A stretch of DNA of 57,996 nt, from assembly GCA_002792165.1 (NCBI GenBank), contig PFNV01000040.1, positions 1 through 57,996 of the forward strand, written 5' to 3'. The notes under the pieces were generated by a model. The model saw nothing but the letters and a program-made list of their open reading frames with translations, was not told the DNA's origin and did not search any database. Origin of the DNA: Candidatus Tagabacteria bacterium CG_4_10_14_0_2_um_filter_40_13. GTDB taxonomy: Bacteria; Patescibacteriota; Minisyncoccia; GCA-002779875. The translations under genes and the position numbers were made by a program. Every line of letters starts with the position of its first letter. Position 1 is the stretch's first letter. Below, in pieces: positions 47,973 to 57,022 of this stretch.

Positions 47973-48914
47973 TTAATTTTCCGTTTCGGCTACGGCCGCA
48001 TTAAAAAGATTTTTAATATCGTTAAATCTTCCATCAATAGTGGAACCTAAAACTACAATCACAAAAGGACGATTGAAACCGTTATCCACTACAACCGCAA
48101 GATTACTGCCGGCCAAATCGCTAAAACCGGTTTTTCCGGCAATAAAACCGGGTAAATCTTCTATAACCCGGTTGGTATTTTGAAATTCCCAACCGTGAAG
48201 ATTGATTGATTCTAGCCGAGTAGCCTCCATTAAAGAAGAATCTTTTTTCGCGATATATAAAAGTAATTTGGCGATATCTTTAGCCGAACCATAGGCACCG
48301 GAGGTATTTTTCGATAAATCAAGTCCTGTTGCATTCAAAAAATAAGTTTGAGTCAAACCGATTTCTTTCGCTTTCCGGCTCATTAAAGAAACAAAATCTC
48401 CATTAAAATTATTGTCAAACTCCTCAGCAAAAGCAAAAGCGGCATCATTTGAAGAAGATATAAGCATCGCGTCTATTAATTCAGAAATAATCCATTGTTC
48501 CCCTACTTTAAATCCCGCATCGCCTTCTTGTAAAACTGCTTCTTTTGATATCGTTATAAGAAGATAAGGAGGCAAATTTTCTTTTGCGATAAGCGCAGTC
48601 ATGATTTTAGCAAGGCTCGCAAGCGGCAATTGCATTTCGGAATTTAATTCAAAAACGCTTTGATTATTTGAGGCGTCAAAAACATAGGCGGCTTTGGCTT
48701 CCAATCGTATATTTTCAAAAGGAGAGATTTTCGGGATTTGCGCTTCTTGTTTCTGAGTAAAGGGATTTTTTACTTCAAACTCGAGGGCCGTCAGTTTTTG
48801 CCTTCCGGGAAACAGATTGCGGTTTTGAAGAGGGTGGAAATAGAAAAAAACCCAGCCAAGAAAGCCAAAAAAAATGACAATCAAGAAATATTGAATGCTA
48901 TTTTGCCATTTCAT
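47973..48914 (-). CDS. D-alanyl-D-alanine carboxypeptidase (peptidase S11)
   Basis: ASLAK (SxxK), SSN, F.NATGL, KTG motifs. Confidence 0.9.
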   Translation of the reverse strand: MKWQNSIQYFLIVIFFGFLGWVFFYFHPLQNRNLFPGRQKLTALEFEVKNPFTQKQEAQIPKISPFENIRLEAKAAYVFDASNNQSVFELNSEMQLPLASLAKIMTALIAKENLPPYLLITISKEAVLQEGDAGFKVGEQWIISELIDAMLISSSNDAAFAFAEEFDNNFNGDFVSLMSRKAKEIGLTQTYFLNATGLDLSKNTSGAYGSAKDIAKLLLYIAKKDSSLMEATRLESINLHGWEFQNTNRVIEDLPGFIAGKTGFSDLAGSNLAVVVDNGFNRPFVIVVLGSTIDGRFNDIKNLFNAAVAETEN

Positions 48915-49503
48915 TTTTTATTTCTTCTTTTATTTCTTGAACGGCCGCCGGCTGTATTTCTGAACCGGTTTCTTCTTCCGAATTTTCTATAAATTGTTCG
49001 ACTATTTTGCTGAAATTTTCATATTCAGGCAATTTTTTGACATCCGTGACGCCTAAAAATTGCAGAAAACGGAAAGAAGGGCTGTATAAATAACTGCGGC
49101 CGTCTTTTGGATTTGTTTTCCGTTCCACTAGACCTCTTACCAAAAGATTGCGGAGAGAAAAACTGGAATTGACGCCGCGGATGTAGTCGATATCGGCTCG
49201 GCTTATCGGACTGCGATAAATTACTGTCGCTAAAATTTCAAGTCCGGCTCTTCCTATGTCTTTGTTGAATTCTTCTTTACTGATATCTTCGCAGATTTTG
49301 GTTGCTTCGGGAGCAGTGGAAAGCATCGCTTCATTGCCTTTTTTAATCAATTTTATTCCGCGATGCTCCAAATTTTTGTCCAAAACTTCAAAGGCTTCGT
49401 TTATTTGTTTTTCCGACTTATTCAAAATTTCCGCCAACCGTTTTATTTTTATCGGCTCCCCTTCCAAAAAAAGGATTGCTTCAATATAAGAACTTAATTC
49501 CAT
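48898..49503 (-). CDS. scpB: SMC-Scp complex subunit ScpB
   Basis: IEAILF, LE.LA.V.Y..PI.R..I..IRGVNS motifs. Confidence 0.94.
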   Translation of the reverse strand: MELSSYIEAILFLEGEPIKIKRLAEILNKSEKQINEAFEVLDKNLEHRGIKLIKKGNEAMLSTAPEATKICEDISKEEFNKDIGRAGLEILATVIYRSPISRADIDYIRGVNSSFSLRNLLVRGLVERKTNPKDGRSYLYSPSFRFLQFLGVTDVKKLPEYENFSKIVEQFIENSEEETGSEIQPAAVQEIKEEIKNEMAK

Positions 49504-49506
49504 AAA

Positions 49507-50241
49507 TTATATGTTCTTTTTTATTTTAATATTTTGGAAAACTGTAGTTTGTTCAACTATAACAAAACCTCGTTTTATCAGTTCTAAAATTGCCAAAAAA
49601 CTTACTATAATTTCGATTTTCTTCGGCCCAAGGCCGACCAGCCTCGGGTTGGCCTTTCCATCCAAACCGGAAATATCCGCAAATGACATTTCGATCTGTT
49701 GTTGCAATCTGCTGATTATATCCGTTATTTTTTTCTCAAGGCTTATTGTTTTTTTAACAAGTGCTTTCGGTAAAATTTCTTTTTGAGGCAGATTAGCGAT
49801 AATCTGCCTCATTGCCTCAAAAATTTTTTCCTTTGTCACTCCTTTTGGTTCGAGAAATTCGAAATTTAATCCCAGAAACGCTTCCCGCCCGAACATAATA
49901 TTTTTCCCGAAACATTTTCCGAGTTCGATGGCAAAATTTCTGATATGAGCATAAAGCTGCAAACGGCGCTCCAAATCCTTGATATCTCCCGCTTCTTCTT
50001 CGGAAAACTGGAAAGTGGAAATAAGTGACGCGGATTTTATCAGAAGAAGTGTTGAAGCAATTGCTATAAAACTGCTTACTTCCCCCAGCGGAAATCCTTC
50101 AAGCGTTTTCAAATAATCGACATATTGGTCTGTAACATCCGCCAAAGAAACATCGCTGATGGAAAGCTTGCGTTTTTCTATCAATTCCAAAAGCATCCCC
50201 AATGGCCCCTCAAATTTCTCAAGTTTTATTTGGTAGGTCAT
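49507..50241 (-). CDS. scpA: SMC-Scp complex subunit ScpA
   Basis: FEGPLGMLLELI, LL.IKS, SFLAILEL motifs. Confidence 0.94.
   Translation of the reverse strand: MTYQIKLEKFEGPLGMLLELIEKRKLSISDVSLADVTDQYVDYLKTLEGFPLGEVSSFIAIASTLLLIKSASLISTFQFSEEEAGDIKDLERRLQLYAHIRNFAIELGKCFGKNIMFGREAFLGLNFEFLEPKGVTKEKIFEAMRQIIANLPQKEILPKALVKKTISLEKKITDIISRLQQQIEMSFADISGLDGKANPRLVGLGPKKIEIIVSFLAILELIKRGFVIVEQTTVFQNIKIKKNI
49630..49656. repeat. GC-rich hairpin in-frame within scpA
   Basis: AAGGCCGACC-AGCCTCG-GGTTGGCCTT; encodes KANPRLVGL. Confidence 0.7.
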
Positions 50242-50255
50242 ATATTTAAATAATA

Positions 50256-50291
50256 TTTAGACAAATTCTACGACCGTAGAAATAGTCTAAA
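50256..50291. repeat. 36-bp imperfect palindrome centred on CGACCG
   Basis: TTTAGACAAATTCTACGACCGTAGAAATAGTCTAAA, between the aspS remnant and scpA. Confidence 0.8.
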
Positions 50292-50305
50292 GTCTCAATT
50301 TTGAT

Positions 50306-50483
50306 TTATTTCTTTTGGGGCGATTGCGGCAAAGCATAGAACTGTCCGGAACGCAAACGCGAAGGCACAACATAATCCCTGGCGCCTTCCGGCGTTGATT
50401 TGGTAAGAATGGGAGTTTCAATTTCAAATCTTGACATTTTCGCCTTCATAATCCGGCGTTTTTTCGATAAAAATCCGCTCCAT
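50306..50483 (-). pseudogene. aspS: Aspartate-tRNA ligase remnant
   Basis: [19 protein letters not shown] (N-terminus-like) joined out of frame to [40 protein letters not shown], the bacterial AspRS motif-1 region. Confidence 0.85.
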
Positions 50484-50523
50484 ATTCTTTGATTTTAATA
50501 TATTAACCTTAAATTGACAAATG

Positions 50524-50547
50524 AAAAGCCCCGATAGCGGGGCTTTT
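50524..50547. terminator. Intrinsic terminator after the CDF gene
   Basis: AAAAGCCCCG-ATAG-CGGGGCTTTT. Confidence 0.85.
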
Positions 50548-50557
50548 AAATTTGCGA

Positions 50558-51424
50558 TTAGTATGGTTCGGGATGAACCGTAATATCTTTAATTTCCGGA
50601 ATTTGTTTTTGGATTTTTCCGGAAACTTCATGGCAAATTTCATGCGCTGTTTTAAGAGAGAGATTCGGGGCGACTATAATATGAATATCCAGAAAAATAT
50701 GGTCTTCGTTACCCCTGCTTCTTATTTGATGGCACGTGATAACTTTACCGACTGACTCGGCAATTTTCTTTATTTGGTCTTTGTTTACATTTGTTTTATC
50801 CGATAAAACAGAGGATGTTTCTTTAAATATCTCAAAAGCCAATTTCATAATAAACACAACGACAACGGAAGCGATAATAGGATCAATTATTGGCGGTAAT
50901 CCTACTTCAACCAATATTGCCCCCAAAATTACGGCACTAGTCGTAATATAGTGGGATTTTGTATGCAAGGCATCCACTTTCAGGATAATGCTTTTAAGTT
51001 CTATTCCCTTTTTAAATTCATATCTTGCGACCACAATATCTATTATCAGGCAACTTACAAGAATTCCCATTGAAAGCGGAAACCAATTTGCGCCGGAAAA
51101 AATTGTCTCTGGCGCGGAAAGTTTTCCGATAATATTTCGGATAATCTCATAGGCCGCAATTACCAAAAAAACCAGAATAACTTGGGAAGCAATGGCTTCA
51201 TATTTTCTATGGCCGTAAGGATGATCTTCGTCAGCGGGTTTTTCGGCAATTTTGATGCCGAAAATCCCCACGATATTGGTTGCGCCGTCAAAAAGAGAAT
51301 GTATGCCGTCGCTTAGAACACATAATGTGCCCGTTAAAAGACCCAGTATAATTTTAGAAAACGCTACGAGCCAGTTTAAAAACAGAATTATCAAAAGAAC
51401 CCTTCTAATTTTCCTGAAATTCAC
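50558..51424 (-). CDS. Cation diffusion facilitator (FieF-like) metal transporter
   Basis: SDGIHSLFD, HPYGH.KYE, DALH, DIH, HEI, VHPEP motifs; SD AAGGAG. Confidence 0.92.
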   Translation of the reverse strand: MNFRKIRRVLLIILFLNWLVAFSKIILGLLTGTLCVLSDGIHSLFDGATNIVGIFGIKIAEKPADEDHPYGHRKYEAIASQVILVFLVIAAYEIIRNIIGKLSAPETIFSGANWFPLSMGILVSCLIIDIVVARYEFKKGIELKSIILKVDALHTKSHYITTSAVILGAILVEVGLPPIIDPIIASVVVVFIMKLAFEIFKETSSVLSDKTNVNKDQIKKIAESVGKVITCHQIRSRGNEDHIFLDIHIIVAPNLSLKTAHEICHEVSGKIQKQIPEIKDITVHPEPY

Positions 51425-51507
51425 TTAAATCTCCTTTTTGATTCATGTTTTCAAAATGCGTTATTTTTGGTCAATATAGCGTTCTTGGCCAAAAAGTCAA
51501 GGAAAAT

Positions 51508-51530
51508 AAAAAGCCCCTTTTTAAGGGGCT
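51508..51530 (-). terminator. Intrinsic terminator
   Basis: Minus strand AGCCCCTT-AAA-AAGGGGCT followed by a T-tract. Confidence 0.8.
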
Positions 51531-51546
51531 GGATTGGTGAGCCATT

Positions 51547-51621
51547 TTAACGTCTTGCTCGGGACTGGCGTTCCTTGCCGCAGCAGGAACAGTGTGTCGC
51601 ATGCGGAAACATCCACATCAT
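51547..51621 (-). CDS. 24-aa His/Cys-rich peptide
   Basis: MMWMFPHATHCSCCGKERQSRARR; SD AAAGGAGGTGA with GGAGG 9 nt before ATG; terminator follows. Confidence 0.55.
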   Translation of the reverse strand: MMWMFPHATHCSCCGKERQSRARR

Positions 51622-51650
51622 ATTTCATCACCTCCTTTCCTATAATTCAG

Positions 51651-51724
51651 TCCGCCCACTAGGAATCGAACCTAGAACCTTCTCCTTAAAAGGGAGCTGC
51701 TCTACCAGATTGAGCTATGGGCGG
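51651..51724 (-). tRNA. tRNA-Lys (TTT)
   Basis: Acceptor CCGCCCA/TGGGCGG, D-arm TAGCTCAATCTGGTAGAGC, anticodon loop CTTTTAA, GGTTCGATTC. Confidence 0.95.
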
Positions 51725-51729
51725 TTAAA

Positions 51730-52245
51730 TTAGCGTTTTCTCACTATAAAAAATAATGCGACTAATGGCAAGGTTAACCACCAAAAGAATGCTCCGTTTG
51801 AAGCGAATATATTTTGAACAACCGGCGAAAAAGTAAAAAGTTCCTTAGCCGGCAAAAGCTGAAAAATAAAACTCATCAAAAGACCGACTTCCAAAAAACT
51901 CAATAAAAATACCTGCCACCATTGCCTTGTTCCCGAACTGTCGTCTCTAGATAAAACTCTGTTAAAAAGAAAAGTCAATAAAATAATGAGAATCGCAAAA
52001 GTCAAACTTCGGAATAAAAAGACTTCCAAAAGCGGCCGGCCTTTTACGACAAAATCCAAATAGGAAAAATTAGCGAATACCAATCCGGAAACATAAAGGG
52101 AAAATAAAGCGGCGATAAGTTTCTTTTTCCCCGAAGAAATTCCGTAAAAGAATCCCGCGGCGATAAAAAAGAAAATAACCATCAAATCCCAAGTCGGATG
52201 CGTTAATATCCTGGATATGGTTTCCAAATTCGCCGATTGAAGCAT
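51730..52245 (-). CDS. Hypothetical multi-pass membrane protein
   Basis: About 5 hydrophobic helices; TAAAAT 7 nt upstream of ATG. Confidence 0.75.
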   Translation of the reverse strand: MLQSANLETISRILTHPTWDLMVIFFFIAAGFFYGISSGKKKLIAALFSLYVSGLVFANFSYLDFVVKGRPLLEVFLFRSLTFAILIILLTFLFNRVLSRDDSSGTRQWWQVFLLSFLEVGLLMSFIFQLLPAKELFTFSPVVQNIFASNGAFFWWLTLPLVALFFIVRKR

Positions 52246-52291
52246 TATCTTTATTTTACCTGTTTACTTGTACGATGTCACTGATTAACTG

Positions 52292-53377
52292 TTATATTCC
52301 TTCTTCGCGTAATTCCTCTATAATTTTTTTACTGCGATTAGACAATCTTTTAGGAATTCTTATGAATATTTTAATCAGCAGATCCCCCCTTGCGCCGTGG
52401 ACAGAAGGAATACCTTTGCCGCGAACGCGCATAATCTCTCCCGAATCGACTCCCGCGGGAATTTTAAGCTTAATGTTCCCGTCGAGCGTTTTAATATCTT
52501 TTTCCCCTCCCAAAAGCGCGTCGGATAACCTTACATCCAAATCCATCACAAGATTATTCCCTTCTTTTTTGAAAAACGGATGAGGTTTCACATGGATTTT
52601 CACGTATAAATCTCCTGCTACGCCGTAGGCTATTGCCTCGCCCTGTTTCGATAGTTTTATCATTTGACCATTCTCTATGCCGCCGGGGATTTTTATTTTC
52701 ACTTCTTCGTTTTTCGGCAATATTCCTTCTCCCCTGCAAGCGGAACATTTTTTCTCCGGAATTTTCCCCCGTCCGCGGCAATTACCGCATTCCGCTAAAG
52801 AAGCGATATTGCCGAAAAAAGAACGCCTGGTTTCGTGTATTTTTCCCGAGCCTTGGCACATAGGACAAGTTTTAAAACTTGTTCCTTCTTCGGCGCCTTT
52901 ACCTTGGCATCTTTCGCAAAAACCCAATTTTGTCAAAACAACTTTTCGTTCCACTCCGAATGCCGCTTCTTCAAAACTTATTTCCAGATCAATGGAAATA
53001 TCGCGGCCTCTTTTGACGCGAGTCCGCCCTCCCCTTGAAGAAAATCCGAAAATATCCCCAAAAATATCACCGAGATTCAAATCTTGAAAACCGGAAAATT
53101 CTCCCTCGGAAAAATCGCCGAAACCGCCGAAATCCCAGCCCGAGGCTGGTCCGCCGGAAGCGCCGCTGAAAACCCTGCCGTATCTGTCATACTCCGCTCT
53201 TTTTACATCGTCTATTAAGATATGATAAGCCTCGTTGATTTCCTTGAATTTTTCTTCGCTGCCGCCGGATTTATCCGGATGATATTTAAGCGCCAATTTG
53301 CGGTATGCTTTTTTAATATCTTCTTTGGAAGCATTTCTTGAAATACCCAGTATTTGATAATAATCTCTTGTTGTCAT
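52292..53377 (-). CDS. dnaJ: Chaperone DnaJ
   Basis: HPD J-domain, G/F region, four CxxCxGxG repeats. Confidence 0.97.
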   Translation of the reverse strand: MTTRDYYQILGISRNASKEDIKKAYRKLALKYHPDKSGGSEEKFKEINEAYHILIDDVKRAEYDRYGRVFSGASGGPASGWDFGGFGDFSEGEFSGFQDLNLGDIFGDIFGFSSRGGRTRVKRGRDISIDLEISFEEAAFGVERKVVLTKLGFCERCQGKGAEEGTSFKTCPMCQGSGKIHETRRSFFGNIASLAECGNCRGRGKIPEKKCSACRGEGILPKNEEVKIKIPGGIENGQMIKLSKQGEAIAYGVAGDLYVKIHVKPHPFFKKEGNNLVMDLDVRLSDALLGGEKDIKTLDGNIKLKIPAGVDSGEIMRVRGKGIPSVHGARGDLLIKIFIRIPKRLSNRSKKIIEELREEGI

Positions 53378-53380
53378 TTA

Positions 53381-55282
53381 TTATTTTTTGTCGCCATCGT
53401 CCTCTTTATAATCGGCATCCTTGATATTATCTTCCGGCGGTTGCGGTGGCTGTTGCGACTGTTGCGAACCTTGCTTATAAAGCAATTCTCCTATTTTCTG
53501 GATTTCACGCGACAGATCTGCAGTCGCGTTTTTTATCGCGTCGGCGTCATTGCCTTCTTTAACTTTTTTAACAGCTTCGATTTTTTCTTCAATAGTTTTT
53601 TTGATATCCGCGGGAACTTTATCGCCCGCGTCTCTTAAAGCTTTTTCGCTGGTATAAACTAATGCGTCAGCGGCATTTTTTATTTCTACAGATTCTTTTT
53701 TCACGCGATCTTCATCGGCATGAATCTGAGCGTCCTGCTTCATTTTCTCTATCTCGTTTTTAGTAAGGCCGGATGAAGCTTCGATGCGAATTACCTGTTC
53801 CTTTCCGGTGGCCTTATCCCTTGCTTTCACGTTAAGAATGCCATTCGCATCGATATCAAATGTAACTTCAATTTGAGGCAAACCGCGAGGCGAAGGCGGA
53901 ATTCCATCCAGCATAAAGCGGCCGAGCGTTTTATTGTCTTGAGCCATTTCGCGTTCCCCCTGCAATACATGGATTTCAACGGAGGTTTGGCCGTCTGCGG
54001 CCGTAGAAAAAACCTGCGAGCGGGAAACGGGAATGGTCGTATTTTTTTCCAAAAGCCTTGTCATAACGCCTCCCAGCGTTTCAATGCCAAGCGAAAGCGG
54101 AGTAACGTCCAGAAGGAGCACATCTTTCACTTCTCCGGCAAGAATACCGCCCTGAACAGCCGCTCCGACCGCCACAACCTCATCGGGATTAATGGATTTA
54201 TTCGGTTCCCTGTTAAAAAGGTTTTTGACGGCTTGTTGAATCGCGGGCATGCGGGTTTGTCCTCCAACCAGAATAACTTCTTCAATTTCCGAAGGTTCCA
54301 TTTTGGCGGATTTTAATGCTCTCTTAGTTATTTCGATTGAGCGTTCAATATCTTCGCCGACCAACTCTTCGAGTTTGGCGCGGGTGAATTTTAAAAGAAG
54401 ATGTTTCGGTCCCGAAGAATCTGATGTAATGAATGGGATATTAATTTCCGTTTCGAATGTTGAAGACAATTCATGTTTTGCTTTTTCCGCGGCGTCTTTC
54501 AATCGCTGTAACGCCAAAAAATCCTTCGAAATATCTATTCCGCTTTCTTTTTTAAATTCAGAAACTATCCATCTAATGATTTTTTGATCAAAATCGTCTC
54601 CTCCCAAATGAGTATCGCCGTCTGTCGCTTTCACTTCAATAACCTCATCTCCAACTTCCAGTATTGAAATGTCTAATGTTCCTCCACCGAAATCGTAAAC
54701 AGCAATCTGTTCATTTTTCTTTTTATTAAATCCGTACGCCAAAGCCGCCGCGGTCGGTTCGTTTAAAATTCGCCGCACCTTAAAACCCGCGATTTCTCCC
54801 GCATCTTTCGTGGCTTTGCGCTGGCTGTCGTTAAAATAAGCCGGAACAGTGATTATTGCCTCTTCTATTTTCTGCCCAAGTTTCGCTTCGGCATCATGCT
54901 TGAGTTTTTGTAAAACCATTGCTGAAATTTCTTCCGGACGATACCATCCGCCAGCTGGCGAATCGCCCATTTTCACTTCCACCCCGCCGCTTGCGGAAGC
55001 CCTCATCTTATACGGCAACCATTTCTTGTCTTTAACGACTTCTGCGTCGGTAAACAGCCGGCCAACTAAACGTTTTATGGAGAAAATGGTGTTTTCGGCG
55101 TTAGTCACCGCTTGTCTTTTCGCCAAAAGTCCGGCCAGACGGTCTCCGGCCTTTGAAATGGAAATTATCGAAGGCGTTGTGCGCCCTCCTTCTTCATTTT
55201 CCAAAATTCTCGGCTCTCCGGCTTCTATAAAAGCCATCGCCGAATTAGTTGTTCCTAAATCAATACCTAAAATTTTACTCAT
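53381..55282 (-). CDS. dnaK: Chaperone DnaK
   Basis: [39 protein letters not shown] motifs. Confidence 0.98.
   Translation of the reverse strand: MSKILGIDLGTTNSAMAFIEAGEPRILENEEGGRTTPSIISISKAGDRLAGLLAKRQAVTNAENTIFSIKRLVGRLFTDAEVVKDKKWLPYKMRASASGGVEVKMGDSPAGGWYRPEEISAMVLQKLKHDAEAKLGQKIEEAIITVPAYFNDSQRKATKDAGEIAGFKVRRILNEPTAAALAYGFNKKKNEQIAVYDFGGGTLDISILEVGDEVIEVKATDGDTHLGGDDFDQKIIRWIVSEFKKESGIDISKDFLALQRLKDAAEKAKHELSSTFETEINIPFITSDSSGPKHLLLKFTRAKLEELVGEDIERSIEITKRALKSAKMEPSEIEEVILVGGQTRMPAIQQAVKNLFNREPNKSINPDEVVAVGAAVQGGILAGEVKDVLLLDVTPLSLGIETLGGVMTRLLEKNTTIPVSRSQVFSTAADGQTSVEIHVLQGEREMAQDNKTLGRFMLDGIPPSPRGLPQIEVTFDIDANGILNVKARDKATGKEQVIRIEASSGLTKNEIEKMKQDAQIHADEDRVKKESVEIKNAADALVYTSEKALRDAGDKVPADIKKTIEEKIEAVKKVKEGNDADAIKNATADLSREIQKIGELLYKQGSQQSQQPPQPPEDNIKDADYKEDDGDKK
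54946..54963. repeat. GC-rich palindrome in-frame within dnaK
   Basis: ATCCGCCAGCTGGCGAAT (perfect core CGCCAGCTGGCG); encodes DSPAGGW. Confidence 0.65.
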
Positions 55283-55309
55283 ATGCTTTGATTATTAATT
55301 GTTTTATTT

Positions 55310-55843
55310 TTATTTTTGTTTCGATATTTTTACTTTTGCCGGTCTGATAACGCGTCCGTGCAACAAATATCCTTTCTGCACTTCTTCAATAATGATTCCC
55401 TCTTCTTTTTCAGATTCAATTTCGCCCACTATTTCATGAAGCTGAAGGTTCATTTTTTCACCCATACTCTTTATGGAAGAAAAACCGTACTTTCCCAGAG
55501 TATCCTCTAGTTGTATTTTAATCAAAAGAACGCCTTTTGAAAACTTGGAATCCTTCTCGTTTTCTAAAGCCAAATTAAAACTGTCTAAGATCGGCAAGAT
55601 GTCGGAGATTAGCATAAAATTCGCGAATTTTGCAAAATCCTGATTGCGCCGTTCATCGTCTTTTCTGGCGTTTATAAGATCTGCTTTTGCTCTTTGCCAT
55701 CCGTTAAGATATTCTTCCTTAAGTTCCTGGCATTTTTTGAGTTTCTCCTGCAACTGTTTGAATTTTTCTTGAATATCTAAATTCCCGCCATCATCAACAG
55801 TTTCCTCTACTGTAATTTCTTCTTTGTTATTTTCCTCATTCAT
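55310..55843 (-). CDS. grpE: Nucleotide exchange factor GrpE
   Basis: RAKADLIN, LPILDSF, QKGY.L.GRVIRPAKV motifs. Confidence 0.96.
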   Translation of the reverse strand: MNEENNKEEITVEETVDDGGNLDIQEKFKQLQEKLKKCQELKEEYLNGWQRAKADLINARKDDERRNQDFAKFANFMLISDILPILDSFNLALENEKDSKFSKGVLLIKIQLEDTLGKYGFSSIKSMGEKMNLQLHEIVGEIESEKEEGIIIEEVQKGYLLHGRVIRPAKVKISKQK

Positions 55844-55856
55844 AGATGTTTTTCTT

Positions 55857-56306
55857 TTACCTCTTGCTCCATTGCGGGGCCTTTCTTGCTTTTTTAAGGC
55901 CGAATTTTCTCCTTTCTTTCATTCTCGAATCACGCTTCAAAAAACCGAGATGCTTCAACGGTTTGCGCAAGGCCGGCTGAAATTTTTCCAATACCCTCGC
56001 GATACCATGCCTTACCGCTCCGGACTGGGAACTTATTCCCCCGCCCATTACTTTAACTTCTATTCCGACTTTCTGCAAAAGTTGAGTTTCTTTAAGCGGT
56101 TCTTGAATCGTCCGTTGCAAGCTTACCGTCGGAAAATACATTAAAAAATCTTTCCCATTGACGATAATACTGCCTTTTACGGCATCAAAAAGCCGCACGC
56201 GGGCAACCGATGTTTTCCTCCGGCCCACAGCTTCAATATAATGCCTTTGCTTTTTCAACGATTCTGCAGTTGAAACAGATTTTGTTTTTGTTGTTTTCGT
56301 AATCAT
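55857..56306 (-). CDS. rpsI: 30S ribosomal protein S9
   Basis: GRRKTSVARV, GGG..SQ, ERRKFGLKKARKAPQWSKR. Confidence 0.98.
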   Translation of the reverse strand: MITKTTKTKSVSTAESLKKQRHYIEAVGRRKTSVARVRLFDAVKGSIIVNGKDFLMYFPTVSLQRTIQEPLKETQLLQKVGIEVKVMGGGISSQSGAVRHGIARVLEKFQPALRKPLKHLGFLKRDSRMKERRKFGLKKARKAPQWSKR

Positions 56307-56311
56307 AATAT

Positions 56312-56662
56312 TTATGCTTCAATAATAAGATTTTTCAAAATTTCTTTTCTAAGTCTATTTTTAGGAAGCATTCCTAGAACCGCATGCTTGAAAATTACAG
56401 TATACCCTTTTTCTATAAATTTTTTCATAGAAACATATTTCAAGCCGCCGGGATGTCCCGAATATTTCGGGTATGTTTTCTGCTCGAGTTTTTTGGAAGT
56501 TATTCTCAGCTTAGAAAGATTAATCACCTTAACTCGTATTTTCGGTTTTATGCCAGGCGAATAAGCAGCGGTTGTTTTCGCCATTAAGTTTTTTGCCGTT
56601 TCCGAAGCTACTCTCCCCAGCGCTTTATCTTTTGCGTCAATGATAATTTCAAGCTTTTCCAT
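56312..56662 (-). CDS. rplM: 50S ribosomal protein L13 (short)
   Basis: IDA....LGRVAS, YSGHPGGLK, GMLPKNRL motifs. Confidence 0.95.
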   Translation of the reverse strand: MEKLEIIIDAKDKALGRVASETAKNLMAKTTAAYSPGIKPKIRVKVINLSKLRITSKKLEQKTYPKYSGHPGGLKYVSMKKFIEKGYTVIFKHAVLGMLPKNRLRKEILKNLIIEA

Positions 56663-56668
56663 ATTATA

Positions 56669-57022
56669 TTATTTAATGAATTCTATAATTGCCATCGGGC
56701 TCGTATCTCCTGTTTTCCTCCTGCCTAATTTGATAATTCGGGTATAGCCCCCATGCCTTTCGGCATATCGCGGCGCGATTTCTTCAAATATTTTTTTAAC
56801 CTGTTTCGGCACAAACGTTTTTGCGAGTATACGACGGTTGCTTACCGTATTTTTTTTCGCTCTTGTTATCATCTTCTCTATCAGCGGCCGAATCTCCTTG
56901 GCTTTGGCTTCGGTTATAACCATTTTTTCCGCCTTTATAAAATTATTCAAAAGAGAACGAATCAAACTTCGCCTTACTTTTCTTATCCTGCCGAATTTTC
57001 TCCCCTTTTGTAGATGTTTCAT
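56669..57022 (-). CDS. rplQ: 50S ribosomal protein L17
   Basis: GRKFGR, TEAKAKE, GGYTRI.K, GD motifs. Confidence 0.97.
   Translation of the reverse strand: MKHLQKGRKFGRIRKVRRSLIRSLLNNFIKAEKMVITEAKAKEIRPLIEKMITRAKKNTVSNRRILAKTFVPKQVKKIFEEIAPRYAERHGGYTRIIKLGRRKTGDTSPMAIIEFIK

Noticed and set aside
51514..51628. Alternative reading from ATG 51628 (MKYDVDVS...) near tRNA-Lys
   Set aside because: Its ATG overlaps the SD itself and the frame runs into the terminator; the 24-aa frame has proper spacing.
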